A stretch of DNA of 64,000 nucleotides from Oscillospiraceae bacterium (GCA_020025655.1 JAHHRR010000001.1:4951-68950), one strand, 5' to 3'; positions 8,526 to 18,295 are shown, counted from the stretch's first letter. Translations and numbers: made by a program. Notes: generated by a model not told the origin, from the letters alone.

Positions 8526-9407
8526 ATGAGCTTTACAATTTTTACCGATACGTCAGCAAATCTTCAGAACACTCAGGTTCGTGAACGCGGACTTAAAATA
8601 GTTCCTTTTTCATATTACGTCGAAGGTGTTGAACATACCTGTGTTGACACTGACAGCTTTGATGCTTATGAATATTATAGAAAGATAAAGGCCGGCGCAA
8701 AAGTAACCACCTCTCAGGTTACACCTCAGCGCTTTATTGAAAACTTTGAGCCGGAGCTTGAAGCCGGCAATGATGTACTTTTTGTAAGTATGTCCTCCGG
8801 CATAAGCGGTTCATGTTCATCTGCCAGAATTGCTGCAAATCAGCTCAGGGAGGATTACCCTGAGAGAAAAATAGAAATTGTTGATACCATGGGTGCATCT
8901 CTTGGTGAAGGACTTTTTGCACTTATTGCTGCCGATTGCAGAGATGAGGGAATGGGTATTGAAGATACAGCTGCATACCTCAGAAGCAGAGTTCCCAATA
9001 TGTGCCAGATATTCACAGTTGATGACCTGATGCATCTGCGCCGTGGCGGCAGACTGTCAAACCTGTCTGCGATCGTCGGAACCGTACTGCATATTAAGCC
9101 GCTGCTCAAAGGCAACGAAGAGGGAAAAATTGTTGCTTTTGCAAAGATAAGAGGCAGAAAAAAATCTATTGAAGCTCTGGCTGAACGCTATGCAAATGAA
9201 GTCAGGGAACCTGAAAAGCAGCTTGTGTGCATTGCACACTCCGCCTGCAAAGAAGATGCGGAATATCTGGCTGAGCTGGTCAGAAAGAGCAAGGCTCCCA
9301 AGGACATTCTTATTGTAGATTATGAACCTGTTACCGGCGCTCATGTGGGCCCCGGTGCACTGGCACTGTTCTTTTTCGGTTCAGGTGACGTCAGAGAGCA
9401 GAACTGA
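8526..9407 (+). CDS. DegV family fatty-acid-binding protein (FakB-like), paralogue 1
   Basis: 293 aa. It has the typical DegV N-terminus (FTIFTDTSANL), TSQV, SSGISGS and GPGALALFF motifs. Confidence 0.9.
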   Translation: MSFTIFTDTSANLQNTQVRERGLKIVPFSYYVEGVEHTCVDTDSFDAYEYYRKIKAGAKVTTSQVTPQRFIENFEPELEAGNDVLFVSMSSGISGSCSSARIAANQLREDYPERKIEIVDTMGASLGEGLFALIAADCRDEGMGIEDTAAYLRSRVPNMCQIFTVDDLMHLRRGGRLSNLSAIVGTVLHIKPLLKGNEEGKIVAFAKIRGRKKSIEALAERYANEVREPEKQLVCIAHSACKEDAEYLAELVRKSKAPKDILIVDYEPVTGAHVGPGALALFFFGSGDVREQN

Positions 9408-9418
9408 TACATTTAAAA

Positions 9419-9456
9419 TAAAAACGGCAAAGCCATTAAGGCTTTGCCGTTTTTTG
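9419..9456. terminator. Bidirectional terminator between the convergent degV-1 and thioredoxin-domain genes
   Basis: AACGGCAAAGCC-ATTA-GGCTTTGCCGTT hairpin with an A-run before it and a T-run after it. Confidence 0.85.
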
Positions 9457-9467
9457 CTATCAGAAAA

Positions 9468-11459
9468 TCAGTCTACATTTATAGGCAGTCCGCATTTGCC
9501 GCCGGAGCAGAGATAGAAAGTGGATTTGCTGTTCTTCATTTCCAAATCTGCGGTAAAAGGCGCAAAAGCTTCTATTTCATCTTTAATTTCCGGAGTTTTT
9601 ACAAGAATACTGAGCTCGGGTGAATACTGGTTCAAAATGATATCAAGAGCTTCCGGAATATCACTGCACACACATACAAGCTCCTGAGTGGGATAGCAGC
9701 TGCTTAAAAGTGCGCAGAGCGCATAAGTTGAACCGGCAGGGTAGCTTTCACTGTGCGAACAGATAACATTTAACTGGCGCTCAAGGAGCTTCTTCCATTT
9801 AAACTCACCGGTCATACGGAAAAGCAGATCAAACAGAACTGCAGCAGCACTGTTGCCGCAGGGCATTGCACCGTCGTGCAGATCCTTGGGACGCTTTATA
9901 AGAACCTCGGCACTGTCAGATGAGAGGAAGTATCCGCCTTTCGGGTCGGAGAAGTGAGCCTCTATCTGTTCGGCAAGAGCCTTTGCGGATTTAAGGATTC
10001 CGGGAGCATAGCATATCTGAGAAAGCTCCATAAGACCAAGAGCGGTAAAGGCATAGTCGTCAAGATTTGCAGGAATTTTTGCCTTTCCGTCAATCATGCA
10101 GGCTGTGAGATTTTCAAAACCGCATTCTTTTGCCCCTGCATCCTTGCTGAGCAGAAATTCTGCAAGCTCTTCGGCAGCGGAGAGATATCTTGAGCTGTTG
10201 AAGGCTCTGGCAGCCTTGGCAAGAGCCATGAGCATAAGACCGTTCCATGAGGTGAGTATTTTCTTATCGGTAAAGAGGGCGCAGCGCTGAGTTCTGTAAT
10301 TACGCAGCTTTTCACACAGCTGGTCATAGCCCTCCGGCAGTATGCGCCAGCGCTGATTTATAAGGAGGTTTGGAATATTGCGGCCGTGGAAATTGCCTTC
10401 CTTTAAAATATCATAGCACTCACAGAAATGACGTCCTGTATCACTGCCCAGAACATTTTCAACCTCATCTGGAGTGAAGAGGTAGAATTTACCTTCCTCA
10501 CCGTCACTGTCTGCATCCTGAGCACAGTAAAAACCACCATCAGGGCAGTGCAGTTCTCTGAGACAGTAATCGAGAGTTTTCTCTGCGATTTCCTTGTAGA
10601 GAGGAAGATGCCCCTCCTGCCATGCCTCGGTGTAGGCATAAGCCAGCATTGCATTGTCATAAAGTGTTTTTTCAAAATGAGGTGCCAGCCATTCCCTGTC
10701 TGTGGAATAACGGCAGAAGCCTCCGCCTATATGGTCAAAGATGCCGCCTCTGTACATCTGCTGCAAAGTACGCTCTGAAATGGTTCTGGCATACTTGTCA
10801 CCTGAAAGCTTTGCATATCGCATAAGGAAAATGAGGTTGTGTGCAGCAGGAAATTTAGGAGCAGTGCCGAAACCGCCGAATTCCTCATCATATGAACGAT
10901 ACAGCTGCTCAACGGCAGATTTTAAAAATCTGTCATCAGCTTTGGCGCTGCCCGCAGTTCCGCTGCTGAGAAGAAATCTGCTTACTTCTCCGGCAGTATT
11001 TAAAAGCTTTGAACGCTGATTTTTCCACATATCAGCAAGTGACACAAGCAGAGAGGTAAGACCCATGCGTCCCATGGAATTGTCTTTGGGAATATAGGTT
11101 CCGGCAAAGAACGGGAGCTGTTCGGGACTCATTATAATTGTCAGCGGCCAGCCGCCGGAACCGGTTAAGGAAGTACAGACTTCCATATAAACACTGTCAA
11201 TGTCAGGACGTTCTTCACGGTCAACCTTTACGGGAACATAATAACGGTTAAGAATTTCCGCTACCTGAGCATCTTCAAAGGATTCGTGCGCCATAAGATG
11301 ACAGTAGTGGCAGCTGGAATAGCCAATGCTCAAAAATATAGGTTTATCCTCAAGTTTTGCCTTCGTAAAGGCATCGAGCCCCCATGGATACCAGTTTACA
11401 GGATTTTCTGCGTGCTGGAGAAGATAGGGAGAAGTTTCGTTTATAAGTCTGTTGCTCAT
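9468..11459 (-). CDS. Thioredoxin domain-containing protein (YyaL/DUF255 plus a six-hairpin glycosidase-like domain)
   Basis: [27 protein letters not shown]...[14 protein letters not shown] is the canonical DUF255 N-terminus. I place the start at the second Met (11459), not the track start at 11492. Confidence 0.85.
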   Translation of the reverse strand: MSNRLINETSPYLLQHAENPVNWYPWGLDAFTKAKLEDKPIFLSIGYSSCHYCHLMAHESFEDAQVAEILNRYYVPVKVDREERPDIDSVYMEVCTSLTGSGGWPLTIIMSPEQLPFFAGTYIPKDNSMGRMGLTSLLVSLADMWKNQRSKLLNTAGEVSRFLLSSGTAGSAKADDRFLKSAVEQLYRSYDEEFGGFGTAPKFPAAHNLIFLMRYAKLSGDKYARTISERTLQQMYRGGIFDHIGGGFCRYSTDREWLAPHFEKTLYDNAMLAYAYTEAWQEGHLPLYKEIAEKTLDYCLRELHCPDGGFYCAQDADSDGEEGKFYLFTPDEVENVLGSDTGRHFCECYDILKEGNFHGRNIPNLLINQRWRILPEGYDQLCEKLRNYRTQRCALFTDKKILTSWNGLMLMALAKAARAFNSSRYLSAAEELAEFLLSKDAGAKECGFENLTACMIDGKAKIPANLDDYAFTALGLMELSQICYAPGILKSAKALAEQIEAHFSDPKGGYFLSSDSAEVLIKRPKDLHDGAMPCGNSAAAVLFDLLFRMTGEFKWKKLLERQLNVICSHSESYPAGSTYALCALLSSCYPTQELVCVCSDIPEALDIILNQYSPELSILVKTPEIKDEIEAFAPFTADLEMKNSKSTFYLCSGGKCGLPINVD

Positions 11460-11555
11460 GCATCGGCCTCCGATTAAAATTAGTGTTAGCATTTACCTGA
11501 GTTTATGATATTATACACTTAATACGAGTTTGCTTTCAAGAGGAAGGTGTTAATT

Positions 11556-12371
11556 ATGAATCATATAGATCCTATATGCCCGTTTGACAGTTCTCAGTAT
11601 ACAGGCGTACCTGACACTTCTCATTCTGAGAAAAGCCTGAATATACCTGAGATAATAAAGGAACTGGACGGACTTTTTAATAAAGGCCTTGAAACACAGG
11701 CAGGTGAATTTCTGGAAGAGAAAAGAACTGAGGCAGAAAGCCTCGGCGACTGGCGTGGAGAGCTGAGCCTGCTCAGCGAGCTTATGGGCTTTCACCGCAG
11801 AGACATGAATAAGGAAAAGGGTCTGTGGGCTGTAAATAAGGGCCTTGAAATTATAAAGCAGCACAATATGGGCAGAACTGTTTCCGGTGCTACTATTATA
11901 TTGAATGCTGCAACCACATTAAAATGCTTCGGCGAGGCAGAAAGCTCAATTCCGCTTTTTATACACGTCAGCAGAGTGTTTTCGGATAATCTGACTCCGG
12001 ATGATTACCGCTTTGCAGGCTTGTATAACAATATGGCACTGTCGTATGCCGATATCGGCAGATATTCCGAGGCTGAGCGCTATTACAAAATGGCAATGGC
12101 GGTGCTGAGACGTCTGGGCGGCAATCAGAACGAACTGGCAGATACGCTCTGTAACATGGCGGAGCTGTACAACAGAATGGACATTGAGGATGAAAGAATA
12201 AACCAGTGTCTGGAGCTTGCGTGGGAATATCTTAATTCCCCAGAGCTTAAATTTGACGGATACCATGCCTTTACTCTTACAAAATGTATTCCGACCTTTG
12301 ATTATTTCGGATATTTCCTGTGGGTAAAGGAACTGCGAGAAAGGGTTAATAAGATTTATGAGAGGACTTGA
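11556..12371 (+). CDS. Tetratricopeptide-repeat (TPR) protein
   Basis: About 271 aa with TPR-like repeats (AGLYNNMALSYADIGRYSEAERYYKMAMAV; LADTLCNMAELYNRM). The ATG at 11556 has better spacing from the AGGAAGG site than the track GTG at 11547. Confidence 0.65.
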   Translation: MNHIDPICPFDSSQYTGVPDTSHSEKSLNIPEIIKELDGLFNKGLETQAGEFLEEKRTEAESLGDWRGELSLLSELMGFHRRDMNKEKGLWAVNKGLEIIKQHNMGRTVSGATIILNAATTLKCFGEAESSIPLFIHVSRVFSDNLTPDDYRFAGLYNNMALSYADIGRYSEAERYYKMAMAVLRRLGGNQNELADTLCNMAELYNRMDIEDERINQCLELAWEYLNSPELKFDGYHAFTLTKCIPTFDYFGYFLWVKELRERVNKIYERT

Positions 12372-13281
12372 AGAAGCCAGAGCATTCTATGAGCAGTACG
12401 GAAAGGAAATGATACATAGTAAATTTCCTGAACTGGAGGGCCGGATAGCAGTAGGACTTGCGGGCCACGGCTCTGAGTGCTATGGATTTGATGATGAAGT
12501 ATCAAGAGATCACGACTTCAGCAACGGTTTCTGCCTTTGGCTTACCGATGAAGACGATATTCTGTCAGGCGTTGAGCTGAGCAAAGCCTACAAAGAGCTT
12601 CCGCTGAATAAAGCACGCCAGAACAGTGCCCTTGGCGGAAACAGCAGGGGAGTGAGCCGTATTAACTTCTTTTACAGAAATTATACGGGACTGCGGGGCC
12701 TGCCGCAGAACTATATGCAGTGGCTGGCAATACCCGAAACCGCTCTGGCTGAGGCTGTAAACGGCGAGGTCTGGCGGGATGATTACGGAGTATTCACCCT
12801 TATGCGCCAGACACTTCAAAGCGGTATGCCTGAGGATGTGTGGAAAAAGAGACTTGCTGCAAGAGCAGCTGAGATGGCTCAGTCAGGACAGTATAATTAT
12901 GCCCGCTGCCTCAGCAGAGGACAGGAAGGCGCTGCAATAATGGCCCTCAACCAGTTCGTTAAATCTGCCTGCGAGATGATTTATCTCCTGAACCGAAGCC
13001 ATATGCCATATTATAAATGGATGTTCAGAGGTATGGATGAGCTTGAAAAGCTTAAGGACATGAAGGAACCGCTTGAATTCCTGCTGACGGCGGATAACGA
13101 TGAGGCGGGCAAAGTAACAAAAGCGGGTGTGATTGAGGATATCTGTGCCGCTGTTATAAAAGAGCTTCAGCTGCAGAAGCTGAGCGACGGCAGCTGGGAC
13201 TACATGGAGCCGCACGCTTTTGAGATTATGGAAAGAATTGAGGACAGTGAAATAAGAGCCTTACATCTTATGGAAGGATGA
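12358..13281 (+). CDS. DUF4037-like (nucleotidyltransferase-fold associated) protein
   Basis: 307 aa. GLAGHGSECYGFDDEVSRDHDF matches my recollection of DUF4037. Its start overlaps the TPR gene stop by 14 nt, which suggests translational coupling. Confidence 0.5.
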   Translation: MRGLEEARAFYEQYGKEMIHSKFPELEGRIAVGLAGHGSECYGFDDEVSRDHDFSNGFCLWLTDEDDILSGVELSKAYKELPLNKARQNSALGGNSRGVSRINFFYRNYTGLRGLPQNYMQWLAIPETALAEAVNGEVWRDDYGVFTLMRQTLQSGMPEDVWKKRLAARAAEMAQSGQYNYARCLSRGQEGAAIMALNQFVKSACEMIYLLNRSHMPYYKWMFRGMDELEKLKDMKEPLEFLLTADNDEAGKVTKAGVIEDICAAVIKELQLQKLSDGSWDYMEPHAFEIMERIEDSEIRALHLMEG

Positions 13282-13440
13282 GTGGTTTTGCGGCGCAAAA
13301 AGCTGCAAAAACAGCAGAATTTCAGACTCCGGATAGGGAAAAATTAACAGATGTTAAAGCTTTATCAAGATAGTGAATAAAATTACTAAACTTTTGCGAT
13401 TTAATTATTTACTTTAGCCTGAATGTGTGGTATAAATGCA

Positions 13441-13469
13441 GTTACATACATTTTTATATGGTATGTAAA
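13441..13469. promoter_or_regulatory. Perfect 9-bp inverted repeat (GTTACATAC-N11-GTATGTAAC) just downstream of a TGnTATAAA -10 element
   Basis: Read directly from the sequence. The extended -10 TGGTATAAA is at 13428-13436. The repeat lies 45-75 nt upstream of the aminotransferase ATG. Confidence 0.45.
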
Positions 13470-13514
13470 CTAATTTAGCCGAAACGGCAATAAACAAACC
13501 AGGAGGGAATAGAA

Positions 13515-14696
13515 ATGATTAAATTCGCAGACAGAATGGACGGCATGCAGGCCTCTGATATCGGAGATATTCTTAAAGTTACAGTGAGACCGGAAATAAT
13601 ATCCTTTGCCGGCGGTCTGCCAGCACCCGAACTGTTCCCTGTTGAGGATATCAAGACTGCTTTCAACGCTGTTATGGCAGAGGCGGGAACAACTGCTCTT
13701 CAGTATGGTCAGGCAGAAGGCTGGTATCATCTCAGAGAGCAAATTGCAGACAGAATGGAAAAGAGAAACGGTATAAAGACCGATGCTGAGCACGTTCTTA
13801 TAACCGCAGGCAGCCAGCAGGGTCTGGATTTCTGCGGCAAGCTGTTTCTGAACCCCGGCGATGTAGTGCTGATGGAAAGTCCTTCTTACCTTGGTGCTAT
13901 TGATGCCTTCAAGGCTTATCAGCCTAATTTCGTGGAAGTTCCTACCGATGATGATGGTATTATTCCCGAAGCTCTGGATAAAATTCTTGCTACAACTGAG
14001 AATGTTAAGCTTATATATGTAATTCCCGATTTCCAGAACCCCAGCGGCAGAACATGGCCTATGCAGCGCCGCAGAGATTTTATGGAAGTTGTCAATAAGT
14101 ACGAAGTACCTGTTATTGAGGATAACCCCTACGGTGAGCTTCGCTTTAAGGGTGAGTTCCTGCCCGCTTTGAAGAGCATGGACACAAAGGGGCTGATTCT
14201 GTACTTCAGCACCTTCTCTAAAATCCTGACCCCCGGCTTCCGTCTTGCATGGATTTGTGCAAACGAGGCTATTATGAAAAAACTGGTTCTGATTACCACC
14301 GCAGCTGTATTGCAGACATCCACTCTTAACATGATGGTAGTTTCAAAGTATCTGGATATGTTTGATGTGGATAAGCACGTGGCAGAGATTCGTCCTGTCT
14401 ACAAACACCGCTGCGAGCTTATGATAAATACAATGAAGGAAACCTTCCCCGAAGAGGCTAAATTTACAGACCCCGACGGCGGCCTGTTTACATGGGTGGA
14501 ACTGCCTGAGCGTATTAACACCAAGGAGCTGGCTATTAAAGCACTGGATCAGCTTGTAGCCTTCGTTCCCGGTGCAGGCTTCTTCCCCAACGGCGGCAAT
14601 ACTCACTGCCTGCGTCTGAACTATTCAAACTCTACCGACGAGAGACTGGTAGAGGGTGTACATAGACTTGCAAAGGTAATTAAGGAGGCACTTTAA
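13515..14696 (+). CDS. PLP-dependent aminotransferase (class I/II fold, 2-aminoadipate/aromatic aminotransferase-like)
   Basis: 393 aa. SFSKILTPGFRLAW carries the PLP-binding lysine motif. YVIPDFQNPSG and NPYGELRF are typical of this family. Confidence 0.85.
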   Translation: MIKFADRMDGMQASDIGDILKVTVRPEIISFAGGLPAPELFPVEDIKTAFNAVMAEAGTTALQYGQAEGWYHLREQIADRMEKRNGIKTDAEHVLITAGSQQGLDFCGKLFLNPGDVVLMESPSYLGAIDAFKAYQPNFVEVPTDDDGIIPEALDKILATTENVKLIYVIPDFQNPSGRTWPMQRRRDFMEVVNKYEVPVIEDNPYGELRFKGEFLPALKSMDTKGLILYFSTFSKILTPGFRLAWICANEAIMKKLVLITTAAVLQTSTLNMMVVSKYLDMFDVDKHVAEIRPVYKHRCELMINTMKETFPEEAKFTDPDGGLFTWVELPERINTKELAIKALDQLVAFVPGAGFFPNGGNTHCLRLNYSNSTDERLVEGVHRLAKVIKEAL

Positions 14697-15091
14697 TGAG
14701 TGAACTTACAGTAGGAATGAAGGGCAGCGCAGAGGTAGAGGTCGTTTATGACAATACTGCTGCGGCTGTTGGAAGCGGTGCTCTTGAGGTGTTCGCAACC
14801 CCCAGCATGATTGCCCTTATGGAAAAAGCGGCTCTTGAGCTTGCAGGCGGCTGCCTTGAAGAAGGTCAGGGAACTGTGGGCATAGAGATGAACGTACAGC
14901 ATCTTGCTGCCACTCCTGTGGGAATGACTGTGAGAGCAGATGTTGAGCTTATTGCAATCGAAAAGCGTGTTCTCACCTTTAAGGTTGAGGCATATGCCGG
15001 CGATGAGCTTATCGGTCAGGGCGTACATAAGCGCTGCATTGTTTACAATGACCGCTTTATGGAAAAGACCCTTGCAAAGCTGAATAAGTAA
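14696..15091 (+). CDS. Hotdog-fold thioesterase family protein (FlK-like)
   Basis: 131 aa. VGSGALEVFATPSMIALMEKAA is typical of the small thioesterase family. Its ATG overlaps the upstream TAA (TAATG). Confidence 0.65.
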   Translation: MSELTVGMKGSAEVEVVYDNTAAAVGSGALEVFATPSMIALMEKAALELAGGCLEEGQGTVGIEMNVQHLAATPVGMTVRADVELIAIEKRVLTFKVEAYAGDELIGQGVHKRCIVYNDRFMEKTLAKLNK

Positions 15092-15130
15092 AAAAGAAAA
15101 TCCTGAGTTATAATAACTCAGGATTTTTTT
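15091..15130. terminator. Bidirectional terminator
   Basis: TCCTGAGTTA-TAA-TAACTCAGGA hairpin with flanking A- and T-runs. The stop codon of the minus-strand gene (15118-15120) lies inside the hairpin. Confidence 0.85.
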
Positions 15131-15960
15131 CTGCGTTTTTTATGTTTCTTGACTTTCGGAGCCTCATCGGAAACTCGGGGAATGAACTGAAAAGCGAGCC
15201 AGCGGGCTTTTTCGGTTCTTCCGCTCATAAGTACTATTATGCAGAAAACCAATGCGCCTACGAAGTTAACGAAAAGGTCTTCCATGGTGTCAAAAAGACC
15301 GATGTCCAGATAACCGTTAACGCCAAGGTCTATGCCGTTTACGGCAACAGAATTGACGTTATTTACAAGAACGGGAATGTTTTTCAGACTTTCATCCAGA
15401 AGAACACTGTTGAAGCGGTGGATGACGGTGTCCTTTTGCATATCAAGATAAAAAATCCGGTCCATGCCAAACTCAAAAAATTCCCAGAATACTCCGATAG
15501 TCATAGAAAAGCAGAAGCCGGCAAGAGCCAGATAAACAGGAGACAGATTGAAGTTTATCTCCTTGCCGCGGTTAAGAATGTCAACCAGTGAGTATCCGAT
15601 GGCGGCGCAGAGAAAGCCCCAGACAGTGTGCATAATGGTGTCCCAATAGGGAAAATGCACGTAGTAACAGGCAAGCTCTCCCAGAATCTCAGTTGCAAAA
15701 ATGTGCAGAAGAATAAGTATCTGCAAGCCGGAGGGCAGGGTGACAGCCAGCTTCTTTTCAATAAAAGCAGGCACAAGGAAAAGCACAAGTACAAGCATAC
15801 ACACAAAGACGTTATCGTAATAGCCTCTGAATGCAGACAAAATCATTGCGGCAATAACAAAAAGCCTGAGTATGAGCCAAAGACTGAACACTCTTCGGTT
15901 AGACCGCATTTCGTGCTTCAATACTGCTCTCAGGCTCGGGCGTTTTTTCTTTTTCGCCAT
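15118..15960 (-). CDS. Polytopic membrane protein of unknown function
   Basis: 280 aa with a Lys/Arg-rich N-terminus and C-terminus and about 6 predicted TM helices. I do not confidently recognise the family. Confidence 0.6.
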   Translation of the reverse strand: MAKKKKRPSLRAVLKHEMRSNRRVFSLWLILRLFVIAAMILSAFRGYYDNVFVCMLVLVLFLVPAFIEKKLAVTLPSGLQILILLHIFATEILGELACYYVHFPYWDTIMHTVWGFLCAAIGYSLVDILNRGKEINFNLSPVYLALAGFCFSMTIGVFWEFFEFGMDRIFYLDMQKDTVIHRFNSVLLDESLKNIPVLVNNVNSVAVNGIDLGVNGYLDIGLFDTMEDLFVNFVGALVFCIIVLMSGRTEKARWLAFQFIPRVSDEAPKVKKHKKRRKKS

Positions 15961-15995
15961 TATAAATCCAACTTTCTTTTCAGGATAATTCCGCT

Positions 15996-16009
15996 ATACT
16001 ATATAGTAT
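15996..16009. promoter_or_regulatory. Perfect 14-bp palindrome ATACTATATAGTAT in a divergent intergenic region
   Basis: Read directly from the sequence. It lies between the membrane protein gene (minus strand, start 15960) and the ArsC/Spx-family gene (plus strand, start 16149). Confidence 0.4.
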
Positions 16010-16148
16010 GCAGAGAAAATTCTCAACAGACAATTTTAGGTATTGCAATTTGCTTGTGTTTACTTTAACATTAAATAGAAGAGACTGCAAGAGCGACAGC
16101 CGGTAGTTTTGCGAAAAATGTTAAATTTCAGATAAAAGGAGAACTCTT

Positions 16149-16499
16149 ATGTTATTTGTTGAATACCCCAAGTGCAGCACCTGCCGCAAGGCTAAGAAGT
16201 GGCTTGAAAGCCAGAATCTTGAATATACCGACCGCCATATTGCAGAAGATAATCCCAGCTATGAAGAACTGAAAGACTGGTATAATAAAAGCGGTCTGCC
16301 GCTTAAAAAGTTTTTCAATACCAGCGGTCAGCTTTATAAATCAATGAATCTTAAAGACAGACTGCCTGAAATGAGCGAAGAAGAGCAGCTCAGACTTCTG
16401 GCTGAAGATGGTATGCTGGTGAAAAGGCCGGTTCTTGTAAAGGACGGGCTTATACTGATTGGATTCAAAGAACAGGAGTGGCAGGAAAAGCTGCTCTGA
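16149..16499 (+). CDS. ArsC/Spx/YffB family protein (thioredoxin-like fold with an N-terminal CxxC)
   Basis: 116 aa. MLFVEYPKCSTCRKAKKWLE has the CSTC motif, and VKRPVLV lies near the C-terminus. Confidence 0.75.
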   Translation: MLFVEYPKCSTCRKAKKWLESQNLEYTDRHIAEDNPSYEELKDWYNKSGLPLKKFFNTSGQLYKSMNLKDRLPEMSEEEQLRLLAEDGMLVKRPVLVKDGLILIGFKEQEWQEKLL

Positions 16500-16616
16500 G
16501 ACTGTTATTTATATACAAAAAAATTTTTATGCCTTGACGAGACTGGGAAAGCCTATTAAAATATACTGGCTATGTATTTGTATGCTATTCTATTTAATTA
16601 AAGCTAAGGAGTATAA

Positions 16617-17237
16617 ATGGAGTTAGCGGATCTTAAACTCGTAACAGCGAGTAATATTATAAAGCTGCGTACCAATGCGGGGATGACTCAGGCTGAACTG
16701 GGAGCGGCGCTAAATTATTCTGATAAAACTATTTCCAAGTGGGAGCGGGGCGAGGCCATTCCCGATGCCTTTGTTCTTACTCAGATGTCTGAAATTTTCG
16801 GAGTCAGTGTGGATTCAATACTTTCAACACATGATGAATGGGAGGCACCGCCCGAGCAGCAGAGTGTGAAGGAAGAAAAAACCTACAAGGCATATATGAT
16901 TATGGCTATATCCGTGCTCGGAGTATGGACTCTGGCACTGACTGTATTTGTTTCTCTGTGGCTTAACGACATAATCTGGTGGAAAACATTTATTGTGGCG
17001 CTGCCGGTTGCTGTTCTTACCCATCTGGTTTTGAGCTGCGTGTTCGGAAAGCGGAAATATCTTCAGTACATAATTGCGTTTTTTGTGCTGTCAATATTTT
17101 TGATGCTGTATTTCCTGCTGCCGGGAGAAACACCGTGGCAGCTGTTCCTGATTGCCATACCTGCCGAGGTTATTGTTTTCCTCAGCTGCAATATTACAAA
17201 AATGCCGGAATTTCTTAAGAAAATCCGCAAAAAATAA
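16617..17237 (+). CDS. XRE-family helix-turn-helix regulator with a C-terminal multi-TM domain
   Basis: 206 aa. IIKLRTNAGMTQAELGAALNYSDKTISKWERGEAIPD is a classic HTH_3 region, followed by about 4 TM helices. Confidence 0.8.
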   Translation: MELADLKLVTASNIIKLRTNAGMTQAELGAALNYSDKTISKWERGEAIPDAFVLTQMSEIFGVSVDSILSTHDEWEAPPEQQSVKEEKTYKAYMIMAISVLGVWTLALTVFVSLWLNDIIWWKTFIVALPVAVLTHLVLSCVFGKRKYLQYIIAFFVLSIFLMLYFLLPGETPWQLFLIAIPAEVIVFLSCNITKMPEFLKKIRKK

Positions 17238-17400
17238 TAGCTCTACTAATAGTGGAGAGACTTTTTCAGCCGGTAGAACCTTCTACCGGCTGAATTGCAT
17301 TATGTAGAGAAGAAAGAGACTTAAATACCTTGTAAAAACAGGCGCCGGATATTACACTGACATTGGCTCCTGCAAGCCGATATCATTACTTGAAAGGAAG

Positions 17401-18294
17401 ATGAAAGTGAACGATTATATTTTAAGCTGCTGCTCAACAGCTGATCTTACAAAGCAGCATTTTGAAAGCCGTGATATACATTATGTCTGCTTCCACTATG
17501 CTCTCGGTGAGGAAGAGCATCTGGACGATCTGGGTGAGACTGTACCTTTTGAAGAATTCTATTCCAGAATGAGCAAGGGTGAATCTACCCGTACATCGCA
17601 GGTTAATATATCTGAATATGTTGATTACTTCTCCAAGTTTGCCGAAGAAGGCAAGGATATCATTCATGTCTGCCTTTCCTCAGGCATATCCGGCACAATC
17701 AATTCTGCTAAAAATGCAGCACTCATTATAAAGGAACGCTACCCCGAAAGAAAGATTGCAATTATTGACTCACTGGGTGCTTCATCCGGCTACGGACTGA
17801 TTATGGATACTGCCGCAACAAAGCGTGATGAGGGAATGAGCTTTGATGAGCTTGTAAACTGGATTGAGGAAAATAAACTCAAAATGCACCACTGGTTCTT
17901 CTCAACAGACCTTTCAAGTTATGTGAGAGGCGGAAGAATTTCCAAAACTGCCGCCGTGTTCGGCGGACTGCTTGATATATGCCCGCTGTTAAATATGGAT
18001 AATCTGGGCAGACTTATTCCCAGAAATAAAATCCGTACCAAGAAAAAGGTTATAAAAGAGATTGTAAAGCGCATGGAGGCCCATGCAGAGGGCGGCCTTG
18101 ATTATTCAGGCAAGTGCTATATCTCAAACTCTGCCTGCTATGAAGATGCAAAGGCAGTTGCCGATCTGGTAGAGGAAACCTTCCCTAAGCTCAACGGCAA
18201 GGTTGAAATTAACTATGTTGGTACTACTATCGGTGCTCATACAGGACCTGGTACTGTTGCACTATTCTTCTGGGGCGACGAAAGAGTAGACTGA
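17401..18294 (+). CDS. DegV family fatty-acid-binding protein, paralogue 2
   Basis: 297 aa with TSQV, SSGISGT and GPGTVALFFWG motifs. The start could instead be the GTG at 17407. Confidence 0.9.
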   Translation: MKVNDYILSCCSTADLTKQHFESRDIHYVCFHYALGEEEHLDDLGETVPFEEFYSRMSKGESTRTSQVNISEYVDYFSKFAEEGKDIIHVCLSSGISGTINSAKNAALIIKERYPERKIAIIDSLGASSGYGLIMDTAATKRDEGMSFDELVNWIEENKLKMHHWFFSTDLSSYVRGGRISKTAAVFGGLLDICPLLNMDNLGRLIPRNKIRTKKKVIKEIVKRMEAHAEGGLDYSGKCYISNSACYEDAKAVADLVEETFPKLNGKVEINYVGTTIGAHTGPGTVALFFWGDERVD

Positions 18295-18295
18295 A

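Noticed and set aside
9468-11492. Extended N-termini given by the ORF track. Cases: 11492 for the thioredoxin-domain gene, 46471 for GT-C, 44810 for GT2, 49299 for M16, 57816 for ylxM, 61227 for rimM, 61723 for trmD, 23605 for htpG, and 11547 for TPR.
   Set aside because: Internal starts have properly spaced GGAGG-type ribosome-binding sites and give N-termini that match the family consensus. The longer versions begin upstream of or on top of the RBS, or add non-conserved residues.
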